In this document: positions 9,274 through 19,500 of the stretch, in pieces
Layout: every line of letters begins with the position of its first letter
How positions within the stretch are numbered: the stretch's first letter is position 1
Assembly: GCA_041747555.1 (NCBI GenBank)
Contig: JBGTEY010000011.1
Span: 12,696 to 76,695, forward strand
Origin: Patescibacteria group bacterium
GTDB taxonomy: Bacteria; Patescibacteriota; Microgenomatia; UBA1400; PJMF01
Length of the DNA: 64,000 bases
Direction of reading: 5' to 3'
Translations under genes and position numbers: made by a program
The notes under the pieces: model-generated
Seen by the model: the letters and a program-made list of their open reading frames with translations, nothing else
What the model was told of the DNA's origin: nothing
Database searches by the model: none

Positions 9274-9962
9274 GGTGTAAATCCTTCATCTGACTCTAAA
9301 ATTTCTCGTGCAGGATCAAAATCGGCGTCAAGTGGACCGGGTATCGCAGGATCACTGAGCTCCCCAGGTTCATTTGAGGCAGGCGCATTGGGATCTGCTG
9401 CCACAGGACCACCTGGAGTGGCCAGGATTACAGTGAGCGTTAAATTATAACTAGCTTGACTGGTTCTTGATAAACCACTCTTTGATATCCCCGCAAATTT
9501 ACTCTTCACCTCTGGGCTATCGAGTGTTGCGAATACTTGCTCCATTACAAACACACTCGGAGCCTGAACCGTGAACTGCAAAATATCATTTGAGCTCGAA
9601 GAGTAATCAATTTCACTAATAATCACCTCAGGACCAAATACTTGACTAAAAAATTCAAACGCTTCTTGTTTATCTTTTCTAACACCAAATAATTCAGTGA
9701 GCTGTTTGAGTTTTTGAGCAAACACGTTGTAATCGAGCTCCGTCTGTTGCTGAGATGAAATTACTTGCCTAATTGTATCTTGTTCATCGAGTACCCCACG
9801 AACCTGGAAGACATAATACAATCTTGTCCCGAGCGCAATCAAAAAGACTGCAAACACCGCCACAAACACATAGACTACTTTCTTGAGAATTTCATAGTCC
9901 TTGCGCTGGGTAAGATCAAGCCTTTTGCGCCGCTCACCAACAAAATTAATAGTCTTTGACAT
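9270..9962 (-). CDS. pilN: Type IV pilus assembly protein PilN-like
   Basis: Short cytoplasmic N-terminus, a single TM helix (VVYVFVAVFAVFLIALG), then a periplasmic domain. Located between pilM and pilO. Confidence 0.6.
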   Translation of the reverse strand: MSKTINFVGERRKRLDLTQRKDYEILKKVVYVFVAVFAVFLIALGTRLYYVFQVRGVLDEQDTIRQVISSQQQTELDYNVFAQKLKQLTELFGVRKDKQEAFEFFSQVFGPEVIISEIDYSSSSNDILQFTVQAPSVFVMEQVFATLDSPEVKSKFAGISKSGLSRTSQASYNLTLTVILATPGGPVAADPNAPASNEPGELSDPAIPGPLDADFDPAREILESDEGFTP

Positions 9963-10034
9963 AGTTCTATTTCCTTTGAGCCAGTTCTAAAGGCTCAAAA
10001 TCGTGCGTTTTCAAGCAAGGAGCATCATCCCCTA

Positions 10035-11045
10035 CTACATTTCACGCTGCATTAACCCCATACAGACGGTCATGCTTGGCTGATTTACGGTATTGGGAAC
10101 GTTATCGGTCACCCCCGCAAATGGCGACGCGACAAGCACTTCTACTCCGAGCTCAGCCGTCGCAAGTTGGACTATTTCCGGGAGCATCGCCGAACCACCA
10201 GAGAGAACAACGCGCTTGATCGGCTGCTGTGTGTGCTGGTTATTGAAGAATTGTGCTGACTTGGCAATTTCTCCCGTGAGAATTCTGACTCCTGGGAGCA
10301 GAGCTTCGCGGACTTTACCTTCAAATTGATTTTCAATGAGTCCGTAGGTGCGCTTGTATTGCTCTGCCTGGACAGTATCGAGTCCAACGGCTGATTCCAA
10401 CGCGCGCGTCAATACCTGACCACCATTCATATTTGTAATCACAAACTGGAGTTCTCCCTGGTGGATAGCAAACAAATTCATGCTTGAAGCACCAATATGA
10501 GCTACAAGCGTGGTTGGGTCATCTACATTGAATTGAAGTGAGCGGGCAATCGAGATAACTTGTGTTTCTAGAAGTGTTGGCTCTACCCCCAGCTGATGAA
10601 ACATATCTACAAAGCGCTCAACCATAGCCTTGCGGGTGCCAACGAGGAGGACGCGCATTTGACCTTGGTCTTTTTTAACTGGTCGGTACAGCACCTGATA
10701 TTCGAGCGAAAGCTCCTCTGGTGGAATAGGAATATGTTGCTCTGCTTGCCAGCCAATTGCTGACGCCAACTCGGCGTCGGTGAGCGGGGGAATGGAGATA
10801 ACTTTGGTAGAAACAACTGTTTCGGGGAGGGCGAGACGAACATCGGTGCGTGCGAGCTCATTATCTTTTAGAAATGAATCAATCAAGGTACCAAGCTGCT
10901 CTTCACTGGCGTCGTCGGTGGGCATTGCTAGTCCCGTGGTGTTGAGGACGTCTACTGCGCGCTCGATCGTTGGACGAGTTCCTGGCTTGCCCGCGATTGC
11001 TTTTATACTGTAGGTGCCGATATCAAGTGCGATGGACTTCGCCAT
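10035..11045 (-). CDS. pilM: Type IV pilus assembly ATPase-fold protein PilM
   Basis: Actin-like/FtsA-like N-terminus MAKSIALDIGTYSIKAIAG. 336 aa. Confidence 0.85.
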   Translation of the reverse strand: MAKSIALDIGTYSIKAIAGKPGTRPTIERAVDVLNTTGLAMPTDDASEEQLGTLIDSFLKDNELARTDVRLALPETVVSTKVISIPPLTDAELASAIGWQAEQHIPIPPEELSLEYQVLYRPVKKDQGQMRVLLVGTRKAMVERFVDMFHQLGVEPTLLETQVISIARSLQFNVDDPTTLVAHIGASSMNLFAIHQGELQFVITNMNGGQVLTRALESAVGLDTVQAEQYKRTYGLIENQFEGKVREALLPGVRILTGEIAKSAQFFNNQHTQQPIKRVVLSGGSAMLPEIVQLATAELGVEVLVASPFAGVTDNVPNTVNQPSMTVCMGLMQREM

Positions 11046-11070
11046 ACGTGCCTTTCTTCATGTGCTCTAG

Positions 11071-11871
11071 TTATTTAACTAACGCTGCTCCGCTATATAC
11101 TGCATAATCCATGATTGAAGGCGCGACCGGTAGGGTTCTCGTGACCTGAATCGTTCTCTGTTCGTCGCCAAATGTATTGCTTGCTTCAGATCTGACCCTA
11201 TAAAATTGATCAGGCATATTATTACCTGCTACGCGGATATGAGTGTCATGATACACAGCTTTGATACGGACAAAAAGGTCGTTATTATTAACCGACAAAT
11301 TATAGCGAAGCGTATAGCCGCTGGAGTTTGAATTTTGCGCATTATCAAAATTATCAGATCCACAGCCTGGTGGACCAACCGGAATGTGTCGGACGCGATT
11401 TCTACCTGAGGTGTAGGAATAGACAGAAAAGATCAGTGAAGCTTTTTCGTTGCAGGGATTTTCTCGAGCCCAGCGGACCTCTAAATTGCCATTTACTGCA
11501 TTGTCGAGTCGAACCATGGCACTGAGACCCTCGGTGAGGCGAGTTTCCAATACGTCTGATGGGGTGATGGTGTAGCTGACATCGACACCGTCGATCGTTG
11601 CAACATCGGTTTCTGCGCCACTCAAACTATCAAAATCTTGCGAAAGCGCATCTTCTACACCAGTTTCTGCGGCATTAAAAACACGGCTCGATTCTGATTG
11701 CTGTTGAGAGAGGAAGACTTCTTGGGTGGTGCGGGTGGCAATTGAAAGGCCGATTGTGAGAAGGACCACCATGATGAGGAGGACGACAACTGCGACTTGA
11801 CCAGATTGATTGGCACGCTCAGAGAGTGGCGAAAATTTCCTGGTGGTGGGCAGCATACGAGTTGGCATCAT
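11071..11871 (-). CDS. PilX-N-domain minor pilin-like protein
   Basis: N-terminal QSGQVAVVVLLIMVVLLTIGLSIATRTTQE matches the PilX_N pattern (QRG.AL..VL...L..G...E). Lies upstream of pilM on the same strand. Confidence 0.55.
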   Translation of the reverse strand: MMPTRMLPTTRKFSPLSERANQSGQVAVVVLLIMVVLLTIGLSIATRTTQEVFLSQQQSESSRVFNAAETGVEDALSQDFDSLSGAETDVATIDGVDVSYTITPSDVLETRLTEGLSAMVRLDNAVNGNLEVRWARENPCNEKASLIFSVYSYTSGRNRVRHIPVGPPGCGSDNFDNAQNSNSSGYTLRYNLSVNNNDLFVRIKAVYHDTHIRVAGNNMPDQFYRVRSEASNTFGDEQRTIQVTRTLPVAPSIMDYAVYSGAALVK

Positions 11872-11945
11872 AGTACATACGGCAGGTCAACACTGCCTCA
11901 AGCTTTATGATAGCTAATTGGGGGGGTGGTGGCAAGGGGGAGGGG

Positions 11946-12515
11946 TTAAGAGTAATCTTCGCTTTGTTCCATGTCTTTTTCGATGAGGTTTCTGAGATAA
12001 ACGGATCGCGGGATCTTTTTTGATTGAGAGATCCAATCTAAATACTGGCCGATCGCTGGCGATATGAAGAAATTGAATCTAACATCTTGGTGACTTGATG
12101 CGTACTCAATAGCATCCTCAAGCACCTTCCTTAAATTTTTCTGATTGTACCTCGCTAGCAGTAGTAAATCTCCACCTTCGTCTCTTAAAAGATGCGGGTC
12201 AACTCCGTCACGATATAGCGCAATTACGGGCTTATTCATAGACAATGCTAGCGCTATTTCCTGACCAAGACCAATACTGCTTTTCGAAACTTCCACTACA
12301 ACTAAGTCTGCTTTTTTCTTGAGCTTAGTTAAGCTCTTTTGAGCCTCTATTGCCTCTTCTGTTGACTGAGATTCATATGCATTTTTTGTTTTTGATAAAA
12401 TTGCATCATTGATCACGGAATGTCCCAGCTCGTACATAGTTGAGACAATGGTATTGCAGTTAACTTTGAGTTCTTCGTCCAGCTGACTTATAGAGACACT
12501 AAAATAGATTTTCAT
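11946..12515 (-). CDS. DNPH1/nucleoside 2-deoxyribosyltransferase-like domain fused to C-terminal ribbon-helix-helix (CopG-like) domain
   Basis: N-terminal KIYFS... and ADLVVVEVSKSSIGLGQEIALALSMNKPVIALY align closely with the DNPH1/Rcl and NDT catalytic region (ADVVVAEVTQPSLGVGYELGRAVAFNKRILCLF); the nucleophile Glu is retained. The C-terminal RFNFFISPAIGQYLDWISQ...RSVYLRNLI is an RHH-like beta-strand plus two helices. It lies 27 nt downstream of the deaminase gene on the same strand. Confidence 0.55.
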   Translation of the reverse strand: MKIYFSVSISQLDEELKVNCNTIVSTMYELGHSVINDAILSKTKNAYESQSTEEAIEAQKSLTKLKKKADLVVVEVSKSSIGLGQEIALALSMNKPVIALYRDGVDPHLLRDEGGDLLLLARYNQKNLRKVLEDAIEYASSHQDVRFNFFISPAIGQYLDWISQSKKIPRSVYLRNLIEKDMEQSEDYS

Positions 12516-12542
12516 GTGCTAATTATATCACTATTTGGATGT

Positions 12543-13025
12543 TTAAACGGAGGGAATACTTAAAGATAGGTCTAGATTTTTAATTGGCTCACCTTGTAGA
12601 AATAGATCTTCGCACTCTTTAGCCATCACACCAGGGACAACTTCAATCTTATATTTGTCGGTCTTAAATCTCTTTGGAAGGTGGTGTTGCAAACACATGC
12701 CCCCGCTTTCATCTATGTTTGTCCCATAAACAACTCTCTTTATGTGGTTTAGCAAAATTGCCCCTAAGCACATCGGGCAAGGTTCATATGTAGCGTAAAG
12801 CGTAGCCTCTGATCCTCTTTTAGTGAGCAACTCAGATATCTCATTCATTGCGATAATTTCTGCGTGATTGATTTTATTATTACTAGAGTAAACTTTGTTA
12901 TATCCCCTAGAAACTATCTTACTATCAATAACTATTACACAACCAATTGGCCAGTTTCCTGATTCTAAAGCCTTCATGGCTTCATCAAGTGCCTCTTTCA
13001 TGTAAAAATCATCGTTTGGTTTCAT
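12543..13025 (-). CDS. CDA-fold zinc deaminase, TadA/guanine-deaminase (GuaD)-like
   Basis: HAEIIAM and YEPCPMCLGAI zinc-binding motifs. The PCPMCLGAI string is identical to B. subtilis GuaD; the overall layout also fits tRNA adenosine deaminase TadA. 160 aa. Confidence 0.8.
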   Translation of the reverse strand: MKPNDDFYMKEALDEAMKALESGNWPIGCVIVIDSKIVSRGYNKVYSSNNKINHAEIIAMNEISELLTKRGSEATLYATYEPCPMCLGAILLNHIKRVVYGTNIDESGGMCLQHHLPKRFKTDKYKIEVVPGVMAKECEDLFLQGEPIKNLDLSLSIPSV

Positions 13026-13196
13026 GACAGCTTCTAGCTACTTCTAATAGTCTATATCATTCATTTAAAAAATTTCCGCAATAATACCATACATGCGTCT
13101 TTTATGCGTATATCTATTACTTGAAACGGGGTAGTATATCATTTTTTGATTATTATTGATATAATTATAATTGTTAATATTTCTTAAATTTTATAA

Positions 13197-13751
13197 ATGA
13201 AAATTCATTTTTCAGCAGCAGTTGACGGTGACCAAGTCCGTTATGCTCAAATAGTGAAAATAATTCAAGATCTTGGACATACCTTGATCACGGACCATTA
13301 TTTAGTCACTACCATTGAAAATATCAAAAGACAGAATGGCGAAGAAGGGGATCAATATCTCAGAAATGTTCAGAAATGGAACACTCTCGCAGATATTGTA
13401 GTCTTTGAGGTATCAAAATCTGATATAAGTACCGGTTATGAGATTGGGTTCGCATTACAATTACAAAAACAAGTTGTCGTTTTGGTTGGCGACGACCAAC
13501 CCACTTTCCCTCACACACTTAAAACGCTAAACAACTTGAATCTTCAAATAATTGAATATAATTCTAAAAACTTAAAGTTTGCGATCGAGCAAGCAATTGA
13601 TTATGCTAACTCATGCAAGAACATTAGATTTAATTTTATGCTTTCTAGTGAACTGAATGCCTATCTCACTTTGATATCCGAAAAGAAAAAGTCAACCAAG
13701 TCAGAATTTCTAAGATCACTACTCATTGGCTACCGCAATAAGCACAGCTAA
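13197..13751 (+). CDS. Paralogous DNPH1/NDT-like domain + C-terminal RHH domain protein
   Basis: MKIHFSAAV...ADIVVFEVSKSDISTGYEIGFAL (Glu retained). C-terminal IRFNFMLSSELNAYLTLISEKKKSTKSEFLRSLLIGY is an RHH fold. Divergently transcribed from the deaminase operon. An extended -10 box TGATATAAT lies at 13157-13165. Confidence 0.55.
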   Translation: MKIHFSAAVDGDQVRYAQIVKIIQDLGHTLITDHYLVTTIENIKRQNGEEGDQYLRNVQKWNTLADIVVFEVSKSDISTGYEIGFALQLQKQVVVLVGDDQPTFPHTLKTLNNLNLQIIEYNSKNLKFAIEQAIDYANSCKNIRFNFMLSSELNAYLTLISEKKKSTKSEFLRSLLIGYRNKHS

Positions 13752-13891
13752 TACACACCCAGTACACATTGCAATATTATAAGACCTTATATATAATTGC
13801 CGCATTGTCATCTTGTATCGTGCTGCATCCCATATAAATAGCCTGCACGCGCAATTTGAAAAAGTGAATAATAAGTGTTGTAATAAAAACT

Positions 13892-15808
13892 ATGAGATCA
13901 AAAGATCTATCACCGCTATCTTTGCTATTACCTGAGTTATCTCACCTAATTCTTCATGCGATGAATGAGGAAAGAGGCGAGTCAGATGATGAGATTGAGT
14001 TTTCTGTGGAAGATATCGAACTAATCGAATATCGAAAATTCCTAATTTCCAATTTACTTTCAGAAATTATTCCTGCTGACGAGTCGAATAACGCGTCAGT
14101 CTATATTGGAGTCTCTCTTGATGAGAACACGGTTGACCTTATTACAGATATTGCAGAACAAAGCGTACGCGACGGCCTTACACCTGACGAGTACAAATAC
14201 TTAGCAGTAACTTTGAAACAATCAATTGCTGCAGCTCTTGATGCAGAAGAATATTTACTACTCACCCCAGAAGCAATTGACGAAATGTCAGACGAGGAGT
14301 ATCAGCAAACAGTTCTAGAAATTGCACAGGGAATCGTATCAGCACTTGATAACAATCCCGAATTACCTATAAAAACGAGGGAACGATGGCGAAGAATTTC
14401 TAAACTCATTCTATTTTTAATTATAGCTGTCCTCTTCCTCGCTGCTTGCGGATCAGTAGAACCTGCAGTAGATGATCTGGCAACAAGGACAACCCTTGCA
14501 CCAGAGGATGACGATGACGACTCAACCGGAGGTGATGGCGGTGATGATGGCGGAAATGGCCCTCCAGATGAGGAAGAACCAACACCAACGCCTGTACCAC
14601 AACCCACTGGAACTCCAGAACCAGAGCCAGAACCAACTGCAACACCAACTATACCTGACGCAGAAAGCATAGAAGTTATAGCCAGCGATGATGTTCTTAG
14701 GGAATTCCACGCAAAGTTTGTTGAATTTCTTTTCACGAACGAAGCATTTGTATGGCAATTTGATACAAATATTGAATTTGAGGTCTATGAGACAGCGATA
14801 GGAAATGTACTGTTAGCAGAAATTGTAGATGATTTCGAATATCAAGGAGAAAAATATCCCGAAGGTACTCACTTGAGGTTTGCGAGTCTTGATAGCACAG
14901 AACCTTACTTTGCGTCCGTTGAAGGCAGTCAATCTGTGATCGATCTAGCAGGTGGAGTAGGTACTGTAGTTGATATCACCGTCGATTTAGAAACAGGACA
15001 AACAGTCGCAGTTGATGCAGATGGAAATGTACTTGCGCAAGTTAATCTAGAATCGAATCAGTGGGAGATTAATCCAGATTTATTGATACCAGATTTGCCA
15101 CCAGCGACCGTGGAGACGTTGTTGACGGATACGACACTTGATGAATCAACGATACTCAGATATTTGGTTCGTCCATTTAATACAGAATCGCGTGATACTA
15201 TCGCATTCGGGCCACCTGCAGAAGGCGTTGAGTTCTCTGATGAAGAAATGAGCTGGGAAATAATCGTTGATAGATCAGACCCTGCTGCAACATTCTATGA
15301 CAACATGCGACTTTACACTGGATTTGACGTTGAAGTAGCATCTCGTGCTTGGGAAGAGGCGCCTGATGGCTATACAGAATTAGCAGTAAAATATATCGGA
15401 CACTACACAGCGGATTTTGGAGAACACGGTACCGAAGAATGCGCTATTTTTCAAACGTGGATTGAAGAAGAAGGTCAAGTTATACCTCTCATTTTCGCGG
15501 TCAGTTTATCAGATGCTCACATGTTGAAAAATTTTAATTATCTAGATGAAAACTTTGAAGTAAAATCAAATTCACCACAATCTGCTACTTCTATTGTTGG
15601 TAACTTGGAGCGAGCAAATCCTTATATGATAATAGCGGTAGCAATAGGCAATAAGAATGATGCTGCCGATTCTTTTGCTCATGGTTTAGTAACACCCGAC
15701 GATCGCCTTCCTGACTTTGCAGTTTTTAACTCAATACATGACGTACTTGGAACAGAAGTTACCAGCACGCCCGCAATTGGTGCTATCTTTGCGCAGGCCC
15801 AGAAGTAA
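13892..15808 (+). CDS. Hypothetical bitopic envelope protein (acidic N-domain, lipobox-like TM segment, Pro/Thr/Glu-rich linker, ~400-aa extracytoplasmic domain)
   Basis: Residues ~165-190 (RERWRRISKLILFLIIAVLFLAACGS) look like a lipoprotein signal peptide, but are preceded by ~165 aa of acidic sequence in the same ORF. A low-complexity DDDDSTGGDGGDDGG/PTPTPVPQPTGTPEPEPEPTATPT linker follows. No recognisable catalytic motif. Confidence 0.45.
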   Translation: MRSKDLSPLSLLLPELSHLILHAMNEERGESDDEIEFSVEDIELIEYRKFLISNLLSEIIPADESNNASVYIGVSLDENTVDLITDIAEQSVRDGLTPDEYKYLAVTLKQSIAAALDAEEYLLLTPEAIDEMSDEEYQQTVLEIAQGIVSALDNNPELPIKTRERWRRISKLILFLIIAVLFLAACGSVEPAVDDLATRTTLAPEDDDDDSTGGDGGDDGGNGPPDEEEPTPTPVPQPTGTPEPEPEPTATPTIPDAESIEVIASDDVLREFHAKFVEFLFTNEAFVWQFDTNIEFEVYETAIGNVLLAEIVDDFEYQGEKYPEGTHLRFASLDSTEPYFASVEGSQSVIDLAGGVGTVVDITVDLETGQTVAVDADGNVLAQVNLESNQWEINPDLLIPDLPPATVETLLTDTTLDESTILRYLVRPFNTESRDTIAFGPPAEGVEFSDEEMSWEIIVDRSDPAATFYDNMRLYTGFDVEVASRAWEEAPDGYTELAVKYIGHYTADFGEHGTEECAIFQTWIEEEGQVIPLIFAVSLSDAHMLKNFNYLDENFEVKSNSPQSATSIVGNLERANPYMIIAVAIGNKNDAADSFAHGLVTPDDRLPDFAVFNSIHDVLGTEVTSTPAIGAIFAQAQK

Positions 15809-15861
15809 TTATTCCGTTTGCACTTGTTGCACAGACACGTCTAGTCAGCTAGACTGACTGT

Positions 15862-16503
15862 ATGGAAAGTTCAAAGCAATCTTTTTATGTGGTGGGGAGT
15901 TTTTTAGTTGTCATTCTCATTGCTGTAGTTGGATATCTGTGGTATCAAAATCAATCAATCAAAAGTATTGCATTACCAACAACTAGTCAACCAAGTACCG
16001 TAGATCCTCGAACTGCACCTGTCATGCCCAAGCAAGATGGGGTCGTTGCAGACACACCACTGCTTGGTATTTTTGAAATAGGTTCGTCTCGAATTCCTAC
16101 TATTTCTGGCATTGTCGAGTCTGTTGACTTAATCGATTTGGGAAATCCTGGGCAACCGGAGCAATACTTTGTAGTCATTTCTAGTTTAGAAATACCTGAG
16201 GCAAAAATCAGAGTTGGAATCGGCCATGCTCAATACATGACCTCGGTTAGATACACAGGTGGCACCCCAACAGCAGGCAAAATTGTCGAAGAAAACATGC
16301 GTGTCAGGGACTTAGTTGAAAAAATAATACCAGGAGAAATTTTCACTGCTGATCTAACATTTCCTCAAGAGCAACCCGAGATACGATCAACCTTTATGGA
16401 CGACATAAAAGCATTTGAAGCAGAGGTGCTTGAAGGCAGTAACCCAAACCCATTCAATGTCCACTACTTTAGAGTACAAAAAATTGCGCTGCCACAAACA
16501 TGA
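15862..16503 (+). CDS. Hypothetical N-terminally membrane-anchored protein
   Basis: TM helix (FYVVGSFLVVILIAVVGYLWY) followed by a ~180-aa exported domain. Overlaps the next gene by ATGA. Confidence 0.45.
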   Translation: MESSKQSFYVVGSFLVVILIAVVGYLWYQNQSIKSIALPTTSQPSTVDPRTAPVMPKQDGVVADTPLLGIFEIGSSRIPTISGIVESVDLIDLGNPGQPEQYFVVISSLEIPEAKIRVGIGHAQYMTSVRYTGGTPTAGKIVEENMRVRDLVEKIIPGEIFTADLTFPQEQPEIRSTFMDDIKAFEAEVLEGSNPNPFNVHYFRVQKIALPQT

Positions 16504-19500
16504 CAAAAAGAGGCATCTTTAACCTTCTCGGGCTCATTCTTATTGTTTTTAGTGTGATTTTTTTCTACCAAACAAGAGTAGTGCAGGTTGCTGATGCTGT
16601 GCAGGGTTGGGCGCCCGGGAACTGCGGATGGACATTATCGGTGGTGCAGTGGTCTTGCAACACCAATACCGATCGTTGTTACGAATGGGAATCTGGAGAA
16701 ACGCCAAGATGGTATTGCGATGCAACAAGTGTTGGATACACTACCGAAGCGCTGTGTAACGACTCATGCACAGGCAACTGCGAATATACCTGCCTTAATG
16801 GTTGGGCAAGGCATTGCGTCATCAGTGACACAGATGTCGGCTGCGACCATCCCAACGAAAACACCTGCACCGCTGACGTTTACGCCGTTCAATGCTCTTC
16901 ATTAGCTGGAGGCGATGACTGTTCCACCAGCACTGAACCCATCGACGTCCGACAATGCTGGGTTGGCAATGGCCCTCCACCACCAGACGATCCACCCCCA
17001 GGAGGAGGAGGTTGCGACGGCAACTGGTGGGGCTGTGGAGCTGGTTCTTGTTTGGAACCTTTCGATAATCAATCAGCATGTGAAACTTCAACTGGAGGAT
17101 CATGCCAATGTGGCTCATGCCCTGCAGCGTGCACTAGCTCAACTGGTAGACGTGCAATTTTTCTCTTCGAGGACACAAATGAGAATGGCGCCTGGGATCA
17201 TGCCGCAGGTGAGCTTAGGATTTCTACCACGAGTTCATGCGTTGCATCAAATGCACAATATGTAGCTGGGGCACAGATTCTCGTTGATGGAGAAGCACGA
17301 TTTGAAAGCTGCAATGTAGGTAATTCAGAGTTCACTGGAGCAGTCTGTACTTGGGATGATCCTGTACCTCCTGCGACGCAGTGCAATGATGGCGACGATA
17401 ATGGCTTCACCGTAGGACCATGCGAAAGATGGGGTCCAGAAAATAATGGAGTAAATAGTACCTGCTTTACCCAACACAGTTGCGGTGGGGGATGTCATTA
17501 TTCTGGTGACGGATGTAACGGAGCAGTTCCAGAAGCTGGTGTAATCTGCGATTCTGGAAATTGTTCCGGTTCAGGAGATCTCAAATCCGGCAGCTACCTC
17601 ATCATGCCTCGCGACACCGGCAACCATACCGTTGGTGCTACGGTTCCTGCAGGCTGGCGTATTTCAAATGGTATGTCCGGCAACCCAATCACGGTCAACT
17701 GGAGCAGAACAAATGGCTCGTGTGAGGGCGGTCCCGTTGGAATTGGCTTAGTACGCGATACAAATACATCATGCTACGTTTCGCCATCGTCAACAACAGT
17801 TGCCGGTGGAACAGGATCAGTTTCTGTGCGCCTCTGGGGAAGCACAGATGCGACTACCACGCACACCGCCAGACTGTGGCTGCAAACTAAAAATCCTAAC
17901 ACGACTGCACCTACAGCACTTCAGATGAACCCAATTCCAGCACTGACAACTCAGTTTTTAAATTCAGGACGATATTCCTATCAATATACTGGCGCAGCTT
18001 GTACAACTAGTAACGGCACAAGTTGCACAACCTTAACCGACGTCACTGGACTTCCTCAAGGGTCATATTACTTCCATTGCGATGTTGTTCAGGGAACTTC
18101 TGCACCTTTCGCCCCAGAATGCTCTGGAAATCCATCGTGCTTGTATGAAGGTTTGGGTGGTTTAGTCGATTGTGCTGCAAACGGCTGGCAAAGTTGTTTG
18201 CCATCATCTGCAACACCAACAGACAATGCTCCTCTGACTGCCACATGCGTTCCGTCCTGTACACCAGCTTGCGGAGGACCAGATGGTTGTGGTGGAACCT
18301 GCGCGAGTACTGATTTAGGTATGCCAAGTTCGGTTCAAAATCTCGCACCTACAGGCAATTACACTGTCACTAGTACAACAGTTCCCATTACTTGGACTCC
18401 ACCTGCCACCAACGCAGCACTAGTTGATTCATATGAAATTAAAGTCTTTGCTGGAATTCTACCGATTAATGAAAATGCTATTACTAACCGCCCTTGCAAC
18501 AACACGCCTGGTGGTGCTGTCTGCGCTTCTGTTAGCAATACGATCACGAGCTGGAACTATGCTCCTCAAGTTGCAAAATCAAGAAATATTAATATAGCTG
18601 TGAGACCACGAAATCTATCTTGTAGTAATCAATCTGCCCCGTGGGTTGTCACCAATGTCACACTTCAGGGGGAAATTACTGGAAACTTCTACATTGATAA
18701 TGGCAATGCTGCCATTGTTGGTGGATTCTGCAGAAATGGTGGCACACAACCAGCTTCTGTTCAGACAGGCACCAACATCGTAACTACCATGAATAGTAAT
18801 CCAGTTGGTTCAAGTTCAATTGGGGCCAGCACATATACCATTTCAGCTGTTCCGTACACACCGACCAGCGCCTGGGGACCTCTAGGAATTATGACCCTGA
18901 CATTAGATAATCCTGATGCAGAAAACACGCTAGCATGCGCATGCCCAGTACCTGGCTCTGACCCATTTGTCTGCCAGTATGGCGGTGTTGCGGCACCAAG
19001 ACTTGGACCAAATGCTCCAGTCAATTGGTACCTCGACCTCTACGACCTCAGTAACGACCCTTGGTGGCAAACAAGAGGCGGTTTGGCGTATGCAAGAACT
19101 GGTGTGCTCAGTACAGACATTCCACGTCCTTGTGTTGATGAAAATAATCCAGCTGTGTGTGTTCCGTATATGATTACTCGGGAAGTGAGCAATGGGCTGG
19201 CTGTTAGTGCAGGTGTGCCAATGACGGGTGGGGGAGCAATACTATCTGGTACCGATGCACCTGGCTATTTCACCGACCGCAACCCTCAACCAAGAGCACA
19301 AGGCACTGATCACAGCGGAATTGTTCAGGAAGATTACGCATTCTTCTCAAGTCTCTACAATCTCAGTCAGGTTGCGCAAGTTGCCAGCAGCAATTTAGTC
19401 AATAAGGACAGCTTGCCAGCACCCGTTAATCCAGATGCAGATGGCACCGAAGTATATTACCGAAATGGAGACCTCACCATCACGCCAACAGAAATTTGGG

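Noticed and set aside
12543-13025. Calling the deaminase a defence-type dCTP/dCMP deaminase
   Set aside because: Its size (160 aa) and motifs (HAE...PCPMCLGAI) fit housekeeping TadA/GuaD-type enzymes. No sensor or effector partner typical of nucleotide-depletion defence is adjacent.
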